A DNA stretch of 64,000 nucleotides from an uncultured Holophaga sp. (GCA_963664825.1 OY761614.1:2720001-2784000); one strand, 5' to 3'; counted from the first letter of the stretch, positions 1 through 9,099 are shown. Made by a program: numbers and translations. The notes: generated from the sequence alone by a model not told the origin.

Positions 1-387
1 GCCCTCTGCCTTCTGTTTCGGAGGCTCCACCGGCCCCTGATGCTGATTGCGGCCTTCCTGAACAATCCCTGGACCATGGTGCCCATCGCTACCCTCAGCA
101 CCTATTGCGGGAATCTGCTCCTGGGGCGCGGCTTCAAACTCGATCTCTCGGGGATTCACTGGCGAGAGATCGGATGGCGCAGTTTCGCCAGCCGGGAAGG
201 CTTCGAGGTCATGTACCGCATGGTGAAGCCCATCCTCGTGCCCTACCTAGTGGGGGGCGCCGTGCTCTGCTTTCTCGCGCTGCCCATCGGATACTGCGTC
301 GCCCTGGCCCTCACCCGCCGTCTGCGCCGCCGCCACCTGCACGGACTCTCCCTCCATCCGGGGGGACCCAAACCCGAGGGGCTGTGA
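1..387 (+). CDS. DUF2062-family membrane protein (5'-truncated by window)
   Basis: Frame is open from base 1. It has an NNPWT..P motif, hydrophobic helices and a C-terminal R-rich tail typical of DUF2062. Confidence 0.7.
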   Translation, partial: ALCLLFRRLHRPLMLIAAFLNNPWTMVPIATLSTYCGNLLLGRGFKLDLSGIHWREIGWRSFASREGFEVMYRMVKPILVPYLVGGAVLCFLALPIGYCVALALTRRLRRRHLHGLSLHPGGPKPEGL

Positions 388-461
388 CAAAATCACCTGT
401 GCTGTGCGGGGATTTTGCGAGGCTTCCTCCAGGATGTAATGATCACCCCTTAGGAGTCACC

Positions 462-764
462 ATGGACATGCGTTTCCTGATGAAGCAGGCCCAGGCCATG
501 CAGCAGAAGCTGCAGGACGCCCAGCAGAACCTGCGGGCCGAGGGCACGGCCGGCGGTGAGATGGTGAAGGTCACCCTCAATGGGGGCAAGGAGCTCGTCG
601 CCATCTCCATCGCGAAGGAAGCCATGGATCCGGAGGATCCCAGTCTGCTGGAGGACCTGATCCTGGCCGCTTTCAAGGACGCCCAGAAGAAGGCCGAGGA
701 CGCCATGGCTCAGGCCACGGGCGGCGTGACCGGCGGGCTCAATATCCCGGGCCTGAAGCTGTGA
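462..764 (+). CDS. ybaB: YbaB/EbfC nucleoid-associated protein
   Basis: MKQAQAMQQKL...GTAGGEMVKV...LEDLILAAF. RBS AGGAG upstream; directly upstream of recR. Confidence 0.95.
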   Translation: MDMRFLMKQAQAMQQKLQDAQQNLRAEGTAGGEMVKVTLNGGKELVAISIAKEAMDPEDPSLLEDLILAAFKDAQKKAEDAMAQATGGVTGGLNIPGLKL

Positions 765-780
765 GAAAGGCCTCGGCGCG

Positions 781-1377
781 ATGAGGCTCCCTGCGCCCCT
801 GGAGGCCGTGGTCGACGCCCTCCAGAAACTCCCGGGGGTGGGTTCCAAGTCGGCCCAGCGGATGGCCCTCCATCTCCTCAAGGAGGGCCCCCAGGCCATG
901 GAGCACCTGGGCGAACTGCTGAACCAGGCTTCCCGCAAGGTGGGCTTCTGCCAGGTCTGCGGGTCCTTCACGGATCGGCCCATCTGTTCGGTCTGCGAGG
1001 ATCCCCAGCGGGATGCCCGGGTGCTGGTGGTGGTGGCCGAGGCCAGCAATGTGCTGACCTTCGAGCGCAGCGGCCACTACCGCGGCCGCTACCACGTGTT
1101 GGGGGGATTGATATCGCCTTTGCGGGGCGTGGGTCCCGATCAGCTCAAGATCCGCGAATTGCTCAAGCGCCTGGAGGACGGCCATGTCGGCGAGATCGTC
1201 CTGGCCACCAATCCCACCCTCGACGGCGAGGCCACCGCCAGCTGGCTGGCGCGGATCCTCGAGCCCCTGGGCCTGAAGATCACGCGCATCGGGCTGGGAC
1301 TCCCCATCGGTTCTGATTTGGAATACGCCGATGACCTCACCCTGGACCGGGCCCTGGAGGGGCGTCGGCCGCTGTAG
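781..1377 (+). CDS. recR: Recombination protein RecR
   Basis: LPGVGSKSAQR HhH, CxxC...CxxC zinc finger, YHVLGGLISPL, ATNPTLDGEAT. Confidence 0.98.
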   Translation: MRLPAPLEAVVDALQKLPGVGSKSAQRMALHLLKEGPQAMEHLGELLNQASRKVGFCQVCGSFTDRPICSVCEDPQRDARVLVVVAEASNVLTFERSGHYRGRYHVLGGLISPLRGVGPDQLKIRELLKRLEDGHVGEIVLATNPTLDGEATASWLARILEPLGLKITRIGLGLPIGSDLEYADDLTLDRALEGRRPL

Positions 1378-1387
1378 GCTCGTTGCA

Positions 1388-2290
1388 TCAGCCGAACATG
1401 ACTTGGTTGCCGCCCCGCTGCTGGGCCTTGGCGAGGAATGTTGTGGCGTTTTCCGTAAGGTCCTTGAGCAGATCGGTCCGGCCAGGCACCAGGCTGGCCA
1501 CCCCGATGCTCAAGGTGACGAAGGGGGCCGTCTCCGAATGGCCGTGGGGAATGGCCATGGAATTGAGCTCGGCTCGGATTCGTTCGCCCACGGAAACGGC
1601 GCCCACGTTATCGGTCTCGGGCAGCAGGCAGGCAAAGACATGTTCGCCGTAGCGGCCCAGCACGTCGCCGGCTCGCTGGATGCCGTCCGTGAGGGCCCCG
1701 ATCAGGCGGCGGAGGGTCTCGTCTCCGGCGGCCTTGCCATGCAGTTCACAGAATGCGTCGAAGTGATCGACCTCCATCAGTAGCAGGGCGATGGGCGTGT
1801 GGTTGCGGGCATTCCGCCGCCACTCGGAGCCCAGGGCCCCGTCGAAGCGTTCGCGGGTGGGGATGCCCGTGACGGCGTCCAGCCACGTGAGGCGCTGGAG
1901 AATCTCCCGGAAGCGACGATTCTCTAGATGGGCCTTCATCCGCGCCTTGGCGGAAGAAGCGCGGATGGGCCGGGGCAGGAAATCTACAGCCCCCTGCAAG
2001 AGGCCCTTGGCTTCCACCGTCTCCTCCTCGGGCGTGCCCACCAGGATGACGGGCAGGCCCTCCGTGCGGGGGTTCACCTTGAGTCGGGCACAGGCCTCGA
2101 AGCCGTCCATGCCCGGCATCTGGGCATCCAGGAGCACCAAGTCCACATCTTCGGTCTCGGCGAGCCGGAGGGCTTCGGGGCCGCTCCCCGCCGGGATGAT
2201 TTCGTATTCGTCCTCCAGGAGTTTCCCAAGGGCCAGCAGGTCGGCGGCAATATCATCCACGATCAGGATGCGAGGCTTCTGGACGCTCAT
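1388..2290 (-). CDS. Response regulator with degenerate GGDEF domain
   Basis: N-terminal REC (ILIVDD, LLDAQMPGMDG), DAVTG and EVDHF motifs. The A-site reads RYGEHVF instead of RYGG(D/E)EF. Confidence 0.88.
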   Translation of the reverse strand: MSVQKPRILIVDDIAADLLALGKLLEDEYEIIPAGSGPEALRLAETEDVDLVLLDAQMPGMDGFEACARLKVNPRTEGLPVILVGTPEEETVEAKGLLQGAVDFLPRPIRASSAKARMKAHLENRRFREILQRLTWLDAVTGIPTRERFDGALGSEWRRNARNHTPIALLLMEVDHFDAFCELHGKAAGDETLRRLIGALTDGIQRAGDVLGRYGEHVFACLLPETDNVGAVSVGERIRAELNSMAIPHGHSETAPFVTLSIGVASLVPGRTDLLKDLTENATTFLAKAQQRGGNQVMFG

Positions 2291-2383
2291 GGTTTCTCCT
2301 ATCTTCCCCGGAACGGTGCATGCGATCGGGGGGCTCAACGATTGTTCGGCTCGATGTCATCCGGGGATGAATGATGGACGTTT

Positions 2384-3184
2384 TCATTCCTGGGCGCTGG
2401 GTTCACCCCAGGGGCTGGGCTCCCCGATGCCCCAGCGGGATTGGTACCAGACCTTCTCGAGGCATAGCCCGTGAGGCGGCGCCGTGAACCCCGCTTGCGA
2501 ACGGTCCCGGGCCGCCAGGATGTCGGGCAGGGCCTCGGCTGGAATGCGCCCCTTGCCGATATCGACCAGGGTCCCGGCCATGATGCGGACCTGGTGCATG
2601 AGGAAGCGATTGCCCTCGAAGACCAGATCCACGGCGGTTCCGTGCGCCTCCACATCGATCCTGTAGATATGGCGGATGGGGCTTTTCGCGGCGCATTCCT
2701 GGTGACGGAAACTGGAGAAGTCGTGTTCTCCGAGGAGGGCCTGGGCCGCCCTGGCCATGAGGCCGAGATCCAGGGGGGTCCTGCCGAAGACATGCCAGCG
2801 GCGATCCCGTTCGAAGGGATCCTCCGCGGGCCCTTCGTCCAGGCCATAGACATAGCGTTTGGCGAGCGCGTGGTGGCGGGGCCAGAAGGCTTCGTCCACG
2901 GGAAAGGCCGCCATCACGCGCACATCCGCAGGCAGATGCGCGTTGAGCGCGGCCAGCAGGCGATAGGGCTCCCAGGATCGGGTCAGGCGGATCAGCACGC
3001 CCTGGGCCTTGGCATGCACGCCAGCATCCGTCCGGCCCGTGCCCTGGGGCATGGGGGCGGGGGGATCGAAGGCCTGTAGCGCCTTCCAGAGCTCCGCCTG
3101 GACGCTGCGGGCGGAAGTCTGGATCTGCCAGCCATGGAAATCGGTGCCGATATAGGCCAGTCGAAGGAAGAAGGGGAAGGGCAT
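2384..3184 (-). CDS. truA: tRNA pseudouridine(38-40) synthase TruA
   Basis: AYIGTDFHGWQ, GRTDAGVHA, GEHDFSSF, FLMHQVRIM, TAPPHGL. Confidence 0.96.
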   Translation of the reverse strand: MPFPFFLRLAYIGTDFHGWQIQTSARSVQAELWKALQAFDPPAPMPQGTGRTDAGVHAKAQGVLIRLTRSWEPYRLLAALNAHLPADVRVMAAFPVDEAFWPRHHALAKRYVYGLDEGPAEDPFERDRRWHVFGRTPLDLGLMARAAQALLGEHDFSSFRHQECAAKSPIRHIYRIDVEAHGTAVDLVFEGNRFLMHQVRIMAGTLVDIGKGRIPAEALPDILAARDRSQAGFTAPPHGLCLEKVWYQSRWGIGEPSPWGEPSAQE

Positions 3185-3374
3185 GGCTCCAGTGTAGGGC
3201 TTTCGGATGGGGGTGGAGGGGCTCCGATCCCCCGGGATGGGGCCTTGGGCTCTCCTCTCGGGGCGTGGGGGGGCGTTGTGGCTTAATATTCTGCTTTTCA
3301 ATGGCTTACGATGCCCTGGTGGGGGGCGTTTGGGGGGCTTATGAGGGTATGAACCCGCCAATACCGGGACTTCG

Positions 3375-3426
3375 AAAAAAAAAATATCCTGAAACCCTTG
3401 ACGACACTACTTCCCAGACCTAACCT
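3375..3426 (+). promoter_or_regulatory. sigma70-type promoter of HU gene with upstream A-tract
   Basis: TTGACG (3398-3403), 17 bp spacer, TAACCT (3421-3426). An A10 tract at 3375-3384 resembles an UP element. Confidence 0.7.
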
Positions 3427-3568
3427 GCTGAGAGTTAAGTTCCCACCCAGTATTCACGGGGATTTCAAGAGTCCTCACTCTTGAAAATCAACAGCAGCGG
3501 ATGTCTCGAAAGAGCGTCCATCCTATTTCCACTACCCTGGGACTTAGTTCCCAAATTCGGAGGTTTCA

Positions 3569-3865
3569 ATGAACAAGGCCGAACTGATCGCCGCCATCGC
3601 TGAGAAGGCTGACATCAACAAGTCCAAGTCTGCGGCTGCCCTGGACACCATGATCTCTTCCATCGGCGGCGCCCTTCGCGCTGGCGACAAGGTGACCCTG
3701 GTTGGCTTTGGCACCTTCTCCGTCGTGGCTCGTGGCCCCCGCACGGGTCGCAATCCCCGGGATGGCCAGAAGATTAAGATCGCTGCCAAGAAGGTTGCGA
3801 AGTTCAAGCCCGGCAAGAAGCTGGCTGACGACGTCAACGGCAAGGGCGCCAAGAAGAAGAAGTAG
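3569..3865 (+). CDS. hup: HU family DNA-binding protein
   Basis: MNKAELI, VTLVGFGTF, RTGRNP, KFKPGK; GGAGG RBS; Lys-rich tail. Confidence 0.97.
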   Translation: MNKAELIAAIAEKADINKSKSAAALDTMISSIGGALRAGDKVTLVGFGTFSVVARGPRTGRNPRDGQKIKIAAKKVAKFKPGKKLADDVNGKGAKKKK

Positions 3866-3884
3866 GTTTTTTCAAGCGTGATGG

Positions 3885-3916
3885 AAAGCGGCCCGCAGAT
3901 GCGGGCCGCTTTTTTA
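3885..3916 (+). terminator. Rho-independent terminator after HU
   Basis: AAAGCGGCCCGCA-GA-TGCGGGCCGCTTT followed by a T run. Confidence 0.9.
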
Positions 3917-4103
3917 ACTGAGTTATCCGATCCGGTCCGCCATATCTGAGATTACCGGTCTGCACTGAGGTTGGCCGCAAAGGCATCTCCTAAACCCTTG
4001 CCCGCCTCCAAGGGGGTCGAAATTCATTCTCCTGCCCTCGAAGTCGATGTGGATCCCGTGGGACTTTCGGCGAGAATGGCTAGGGTATGGCGAAGGAGTC
4101 GGC

Positions 4104-4658
4104 ATGAAGAAGAAGCTCATGATGGGAGGGATTGGCCTGCTGCTGCTGGCGGTCCTGGGGCTGGGGGGCAAGTTCCTCTTTAAGAAATTCTTCGCGAAAC
4201 CGGCGGTCCAGGTCGATCCCAAGCTCGATGAAGCCGCCCAGGCCGCCAAGGATGAAGAGGATGAACCGGCCGGGGAGGGCGGGGAAGGAGCGGCTGGACC
4301 CGCCGTCATGGTCTATCCGAAGATCGTCAACCTGGATCGCAAGAACGCCTACCTCAAGGTGGAACTGCACATCATCTTCCGGGACCCGGAACTCGGGAAG
4401 GCGGCCACCAGCGAAAAACCCACTCCGGAGGCCAGCGAGATCCGCGCGATCCTGCTGGAAATGCTCTCGGGCAAGACGCTGGAGGAGGCTTCGGATCTGG
4501 AAACCCGCGAACTGGTTCGTCAGGCGATCAAGGATAAGCTCAACGAGAAGTTCGCCCCCAAGCCTCCCAAACCCGGCGAGAAGGAAGACCCCAAACACAA
4601 GAAACCCAGGAAGCCCATCAAGGATGTCCTGGTGGTGGATTGGGCCATCTCGGCCTGA
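4104..4658 (+). CDS. fliL: FliL-like flagellar basal-body-associated membrane protein
   Basis: N-terminal K-rich segment plus a single TM helix, then IVNL...YLKVEL, IRAILLEMLSGKT, IKDVLV. AAGGAG RBS. Confidence 0.75.
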   Translation: MKKKLMMGGIGLLLLAVLGLGGKFLFKKFFAKPAVQVDPKLDEAAQAAKDEEDEPAGEGGEGAAGPAVMVYPKIVNLDRKNAYLKVELHIIFRDPELGKAATSEKPTPEASEIRAILLEMLSGKTLEEASDLETRELVRQAIKDKLNEKFAPKPPKPGEKEDPKHKKPRKPIKDVLVVDWAISA

Positions 4659-4670
4659 AGGCTGTCCCCG

Positions 4671-4686
4671 TGGCACGGGCGTTGCT
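4671..4686 (+). promoter_or_regulatory. sigma54 (-24/-12) promoter
   Basis: TGGCACGGGCGTTGCT exactly matches TGGCACG-N4-TTGCW. It is intergenic, about 60 bp upstream of the fliN-like ORF. Confidence 0.75.
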
Positions 4687-4747
4687 TCTTTCGCTCCCTG
4701 CGGTCCATCCCATGACCCTCGGCATCATCCATTAGAGGACTCCCCTC

Positions 4748-5056
4748 TTGGCCAACAAGCGCATCGACAAGCCCGACACGGATCGCGTTCTCAGTTTCGA
4801 GAGCGTGATCGCCGAGCTCATGCCTTTCATCGACACGCCCTTCGCCCTGGAAATCCAGCTCGGCAAGGCCCGGATGTCCATCCGGGATCTCCTGGAACTG
4901 GATCTGGGCAGCATCGTGGAACTCAAGAAGAGCGCCGGTGAACCCATGGATGTGCTGAGCAAGGGCCGAGTGCTCATGCGGGGGGAAGTGACGGTGCTGG
5001 AGGATTCCCTGGGCCTTCGCATCGTGGAGATCGTCGATCCCAGCCGGAAGGTATGA
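4748..5056 (+). CDS. fliN: FliN/SpoA-family motor switch protein
   Basis: LGKARMSIRDLLELDLGSIVELKKSAGEPMDV...GEVTV...GLRIVEI. TTG start after GAGG. Confidence 0.85.
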   Translation: MANKRIDKPDTDRVLSFESVIAELMPFIDTPFALEIQLGKARMSIRDLLELDLGSIVELKKSAGEPMDVLSKGRVLMRGEVTVLEDSLGLRIVEIVDPSRKV

Positions 5057-5087
5057 GTCCCGGCTCGGCTGTGGCAACCTAGTCGGG

Positions 5088-5900
5088 ATGCTCGTCGACT
5101 CCGATTCCACCCCCCAGGTTCCAGTGGCCCTCTGTCTCGGGGGCATGGATCCCTCTGCGGGAGCCGGCCTGCTGCGGGATGCCCTCACCCTTTCTCGCCT
5201 GGGCGTCCATCCCATGGTCGTGAGTACGGCCGAGACGATCCAGAATGGCGTCGCCTGCCTGGAGATCACGGGGCCTACTCTGAATCCGGTCCTCCGTTTG
5301 GAATCCCTCCGGCCCCATCTGCGGGGCCTCTGGGGAGTCAAACTGGGCCTCAGTGCCCTGGAGATGCCTGTCCTGGGAGAGTTGATGACACGGTTGGACG
5401 AGCTCGATCCCCGCTACCGCATCTGGGATCCCATCCAGGCACCCACCTCCGGGGTCGGCCTCCATGACGGCGAGGCCTTGCGGCGCATGGCGCGAGCCGT
5501 CCTGAAGGGGGGGCATTGGGTGGTGAGTCCGAACCGAATGGAGGCCGCTTCCTTCGGGGGGCTGGCGCCGGAGGCTACCCCGGGCGCCTTGGCCGAGGCC
5601 TTCCTGGAGGCGGGGGCCCGGGCCGTCTGGCTCAAGGGAGGCCATTCCCAGGGGGACCTGGTCGAGGATTTCTGGGTCGATGCCCAGGGGGCCCGTGGCC
5701 TGGGTGCCCATCGGCGCCTGCCGGGCGAGCGGCGGGGTACGGGTTGCACGGTGGCCTCGGCCTGGCTCGGCTTCCGCCTGGGGGGCCTGGAGGACATGGC
5801 CGCCGCCCAGCGGGCCTCGGCCTGGCTCCGGGAACACTGGGATCGGGCCTTCACGCCTGGGGGCAGCGGTCGCCCCCTCTTCGCGCCGGAGCAGGCATGA
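5088..5900 (+). CDS. thiD: Hydroxymethylpyrimidine/phosphomethylpyrimidine kinase (ThiD-like)
   Basis: GGMDPSAGAGLLRD, SPNRMEA, LKGGH, RGTGCT. Confidence 0.8.
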   Translation: MLVDSDSTPQVPVALCLGGMDPSAGAGLLRDALTLSRLGVHPMVVSTAETIQNGVACLEITGPTLNPVLRLESLRPHLRGLWGVKLGLSALEMPVLGELMTRLDELDPRYRIWDPIQAPTSGVGLHDGEALRRMARAVLKGGHWVVSPNRMEAASFGGLAPEATPGALAEAFLEAGARAVWLKGGHSQGDLVEDFWVDAQGARGLGAHRRLPGERRGTGCTVASAWLGFRLGGLEDMAAAQRASAWLREHWDRAFTPGGSGRPLFAPEQA

Positions 5901-7084
5901 GAATCCACGAGGGGCGAGGCTTCCTGCTGCGCACGGGTCAGGACGGGCCCCTCAAGGGCTGGCTCTCCCTGCGCCGCCTGGACGCCTGTGTCTCCGTGCG
6001 GGAGGCCCCCTGGATGGCGTTGCAGGCCCTGGCGTGTGCCGCCTGCGCCTTCCCGGGAGGGCTGGCCCTCCTGTGGGACGCGCCCTTCGCCTGGCTGGAC
6101 GGCCTTCCCCCCGAGAGCCGCCGCGCATTCTTCGGCGTGCTGGCCCTCATGCCGGGAATCGAAGTCCATCTGCGGGAGGAGGGTTTCGAGGAATGGCTCG
6201 ATAGGCCCATCCCGGGCTGGTTCCACGGGCCGAATGCTCCCACCGGGCGCCTGGGGCAACTCTGGCGCCAGGGCTGGTTCGGATGGGTGCCCGAGGGGAG
6301 ACCGGGCTGGTCCCTGCCGGGGCTGGGAGCGGCCAGTTCGGAGGAAGGGGAACCCCTTTCCGGAAGCCTCTGGGGCGAACTCGTGCTTCCCCTAGGAGCC
6401 CTGGGGGAGGTAGGCCTGGAGGAGGTCGCCACGCTGATGGCGGATGCGCAGGCACGGCTGGAATGGGATTTCAGCCTGCGGCTCTCCTCCGGCGCTTGGC
6501 CCGAGGCCTTTCCCTTCCAGCGCCGCAGGGCGGGTTGGCGCATCGCCCTCCTCGGGGGGAGGGAATTCGAATTGGGGAGTGGCGCCTGGGAGGTGGTCGC
6601 CGACCAGGTATCGGGCCTCTTGGAGGGCCTGAGAGGGGCCCTTCGTTGTCCGGTCTGGGCGGGGAGTTGCCATGATTCCGAACTGGCTTCCCGTCTCGGC
6701 CATCAGGCCATGGGCGAAGGGATGCCCTGGCGGGCCAGCCTGCCCATGCCGCCCCTGGCTCCGCTCTTTTCGCCGGGTTTTGGCACCGATCCCCGGGAGC
6801 CCTCCTCCCTGGAAGGCCGGGCCCGCTATCCGGCCCCTCTCGCAGGCCTCCTGGCCCATCCTCCTGCGGCCTATCTGCGGGTGCCCAGTGCGCCCCAGGA
6901 GGGGGCTGCCCTGGCCTTCCTCCGGGGCCTGGACGGGCCCCCGGCCATCCGCTGGATGCCTCCGGAGGTGCCGCCGCCGGGGCCCTTCAGCGCCGAACGC
7001 CCCTGGCCCCAGGCCAGTGCCTTTCCTCCCTTGATGGATGTAACCCAGGCCCTACAGCCGGGCCTCTTCGACGATCTGGAGTAG
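5897..7084 (+). CDS. Hypothetical protein; possible degenerate class III RNR (NrdD)-like fold
   Basis: The ATG overlaps the thiD stop (ATGA) and the stop is 2 nt before the peptidase start. Fold assignment is by eye only (see findings). Confidence 0.6.
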   Translation: MRIHEGRGFLLRTGQDGPLKGWLSLRRLDACVSVREAPWMALQALACAACAFPGGLALLWDAPFAWLDGLPPESRRAFFGVLALMPGIEVHLREEGFEEWLDRPIPGWFHGPNAPTGRLGQLWRQGWFGWVPEGRPGWSLPGLGAASSEEGEPLSGSLWGELVLPLGALGEVGLEEVATLMADAQARLEWDFSLRLSSGAWPEAFPFQRRRAGWRIALLGGREFELGSGAWEVVADQVSGLLEGLRGALRCPVWAGSCHDSELASRLGHQAMGEGMPWRASLPMPPLAPLFSPGFGTDPREPSSLEGRARYPAPLAGLLAHPPAAYLRVPSAPQEGAALAFLRGLDGPPAIRWMPPEVPPPGPFSAERPWPQASAFPPLMDVTQALQPGLFDDLE

Positions 7085-7086
7085 CC

Positions 7087-8274
7087 ATGGATATGGTGGA
7101 AGGTAAATTGGCCCAAGTGCCAGAGATCCTCAAGGAGACGGGCCTCGACGCCTGGCTCCTCTTCGCCCGGGAAACCCATACCCTCCACGATCCCTGCTTC
7201 GATCTGGTGGTGGGGGGGGACGTCACCTGGCAATCGGCCTTCCTGCTCACCAGGCAGGGGGACCGCATCGCCATCGTGGGTACCCTGGACCAAGCCGCCA
7301 TCGCGATGCGGGGCCACTACCGCGAATTGATCGGCTACGTGAGCGGCATCTCCGAAGAGCTCCGCAAGACCTTAACCCGCCTGGATCCCCGGCGTATCGC
7401 CATCAACTTCAGCCTCGACGACACCATGTCGGATGGCATGACCCATGGCATGTACCTGACCCTCATGAAGGCCCTGGAAGGCACGCCCTTTGGGGCTCGC
7501 CTGGAATCCAGCGATCGCGTGATCTCGGCCCTGCGGGGCCGCAAGTCCGCCCAGGAGCGCGAGCGCATCCGCGCTGCCTGCGTCGATACGGAGGCCATCT
7601 TCGAGCGCCTGACGCCGCGCCTTCACGCGGGCCTCACCGAGAAACAGGTGGCGGCCATGATTGGAGAGGAGATGGGCAAAGTGCCAGGCCTCAGCCTGGC
7701 CTGGGACCCGGATCACTGCCCGGCGGTCTTCACGGGACCCGAGAGCGCTGGCGCCCACGCGGGGCCCACGGACCGGGTCATCGAGCCGGGCCACATCATG
7801 AACGTGGATTTCGGCGTGAAGAAGGACGATTACTGCTCGGATCTCCAGCGCACCTGGTACTTCCTGCGCCCGGGTGAGATCGCCGCGCCATCCTCCGTGC
7901 AGCGGGGTTTCGAGACCATCGTGGAATCCATTCAGGCCGCGGCGGCCTTCCTGCGACCGGGGGTCACGGGCAGCGACGTGGATGCGGTGTCCCGGAACTA
8001 CATCACCGGGCGCGGCTACCAGGAATTCCCTCACGCCCTCGGGCACCAGGTGGGGCGCACGGCCCACGATGGCGCGGGCCTCCTCTGCCCCCACTGGGAG
8101 CGCTATGGGACCCTGCCGGACCTGCCTGTGGAGAAGGACCAGTGCTACACCCTGGAACCCCGCCTCACCGTGGAAGGCCACGGCATCGCCACCTGCGAGG
8201 AGATCGTGGCTGTCACCGAGGATGGCTGCGAGTGGCTCTCCAGGCCCCAGGGCCAGCTCTACTTGGTGGGCTAG
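7087..8274 (+). CDS. M24 family Xaa-Pro peptidase
   Basis: VDFG..DYCSDLQRT, HALGHQVG..HD, TLEP, CEE metal ligands. Confidence 0.92.
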   Translation: MDMVEGKLAQVPEILKETGLDAWLLFARETHTLHDPCFDLVVGGDVTWQSAFLLTRQGDRIAIVGTLDQAAIAMRGHYRELIGYVSGISEELRKTLTRLDPRRIAINFSLDDTMSDGMTHGMYLTLMKALEGTPFGARLESSDRVISALRGRKSAQERERIRAACVDTEAIFERLTPRLHAGLTEKQVAAMIGEEMGKVPGLSLAWDPDHCPAVFTGPESAGAHAGPTDRVIEPGHIMNVDFGVKKDDYCSDLQRTWYFLRPGEIAAPSSVQRGFETIVESIQAAAAFLRPGVTGSDVDAVSRNYITGRGYQEFPHALGHQVGRTAHDGAGLLCPHWERYGTLPDLPVEKDQCYTLEPRLTVEGHGIATCEEIVAVTEDGCEWLSRPQGQLYLVG

Positions 8275-8318
8275 CCCAGGTCCTACCAGGTGCAGTCAAA
8301 AAGATGAAAGCTCGACAC

Positions 8319-9062
8319 CTAGCCTTGGCGGGTGGGGTGGCCTTTCCCTCGGAGGGTGGAGCCTCTCCGGCCTCCCCCGGAAAAGATATCTTCGAATTGG
8401 CGGATGGCGATGGGGTCCCCTTCCCGGCGGAGGGGACCCCGGAATTCCAGGGGATCGATCTGGGCGAATTCCCCGCCCTTGGCGATGTTATCGGTGATGT
8501 AGGCGATGAATTCCTGTTGGCGGTGGCGGATGTAACCCCGGAAGGGCCTGGAGATGAGGCTCAGGAGGGCCGAATCCAGGGCGGTCCAGGTCTGGAGGTG
8601 GCTCTCAAAGCCCTTGGGCCCCTCCCAATAGCGGTAGATGACGACCATCCTGGCCCCGACGGCGAAGGGATTGCTCATGCGGCCCTTCTCGACTCGGCCA
8701 TCGACCAGGTAGACCCTCAGGCCCGGCTGCCGGTGGGCCAGGGTGAGGGTGCCTCGGAGGCCGCGCCCATCATCGATGGTCAGCTGGCCGCTGGGCAATT
8801 CGAAGGCGTAGAGCCCCGGCGCGAACTGGCAGTGCCGCCACATGGCCGCCGCCACCCGGGGATGATCGAAGAGCTTTTCCATGGTGGCCAGGCGGACCCG
8901 CACGGGCGCGGTGCGGGTCTCGAAGTTGAAGTCCGGCTTATGCAGGATGCTCTCGGCCCAGGCGCGGTGCTGGGGGCTCATGTCGTTGAGGGGCACCTGG
9001 GCCCCCAAACTGCCAGACAAGAGCAGAAATCCGAGCATCCATGGTGCGCGACGGAATCCCAT
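8319..9062 (-). CDS. Exported hypothetical protein
   Basis: Signal peptide (MGFRR...LLLSGSLGA/Q); lies co-directional at the end of the minus-strand operon. Confidence 0.7.
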   Translation of the reverse strand: MGFRRAPWMLGFLLLSGSLGAQVPLNDMSPQHRAWAESILHKPDFNFETRTAPVRVRLATMEKLFDHPRVAAAMWRHCQFAPGLYAFELPSGQLTIDDGRGLRGTLTLAHRQPGLRVYLVDGRVEKGRMSNPFAVGARMVVIYRYWEGPKGFESHLQTWTALDSALLSLISRPFRGYIRHRQQEFIAYITDNIAKGGEFAQIDPLEFRGPLRREGDPIAIRQFEDIFSGGGRRGSTLRGKGHPTRQG

Positions 9063-9099
9063 GTCTCGAGCCTAGCTCATGTGCCGCGGGGAAGCCAGA

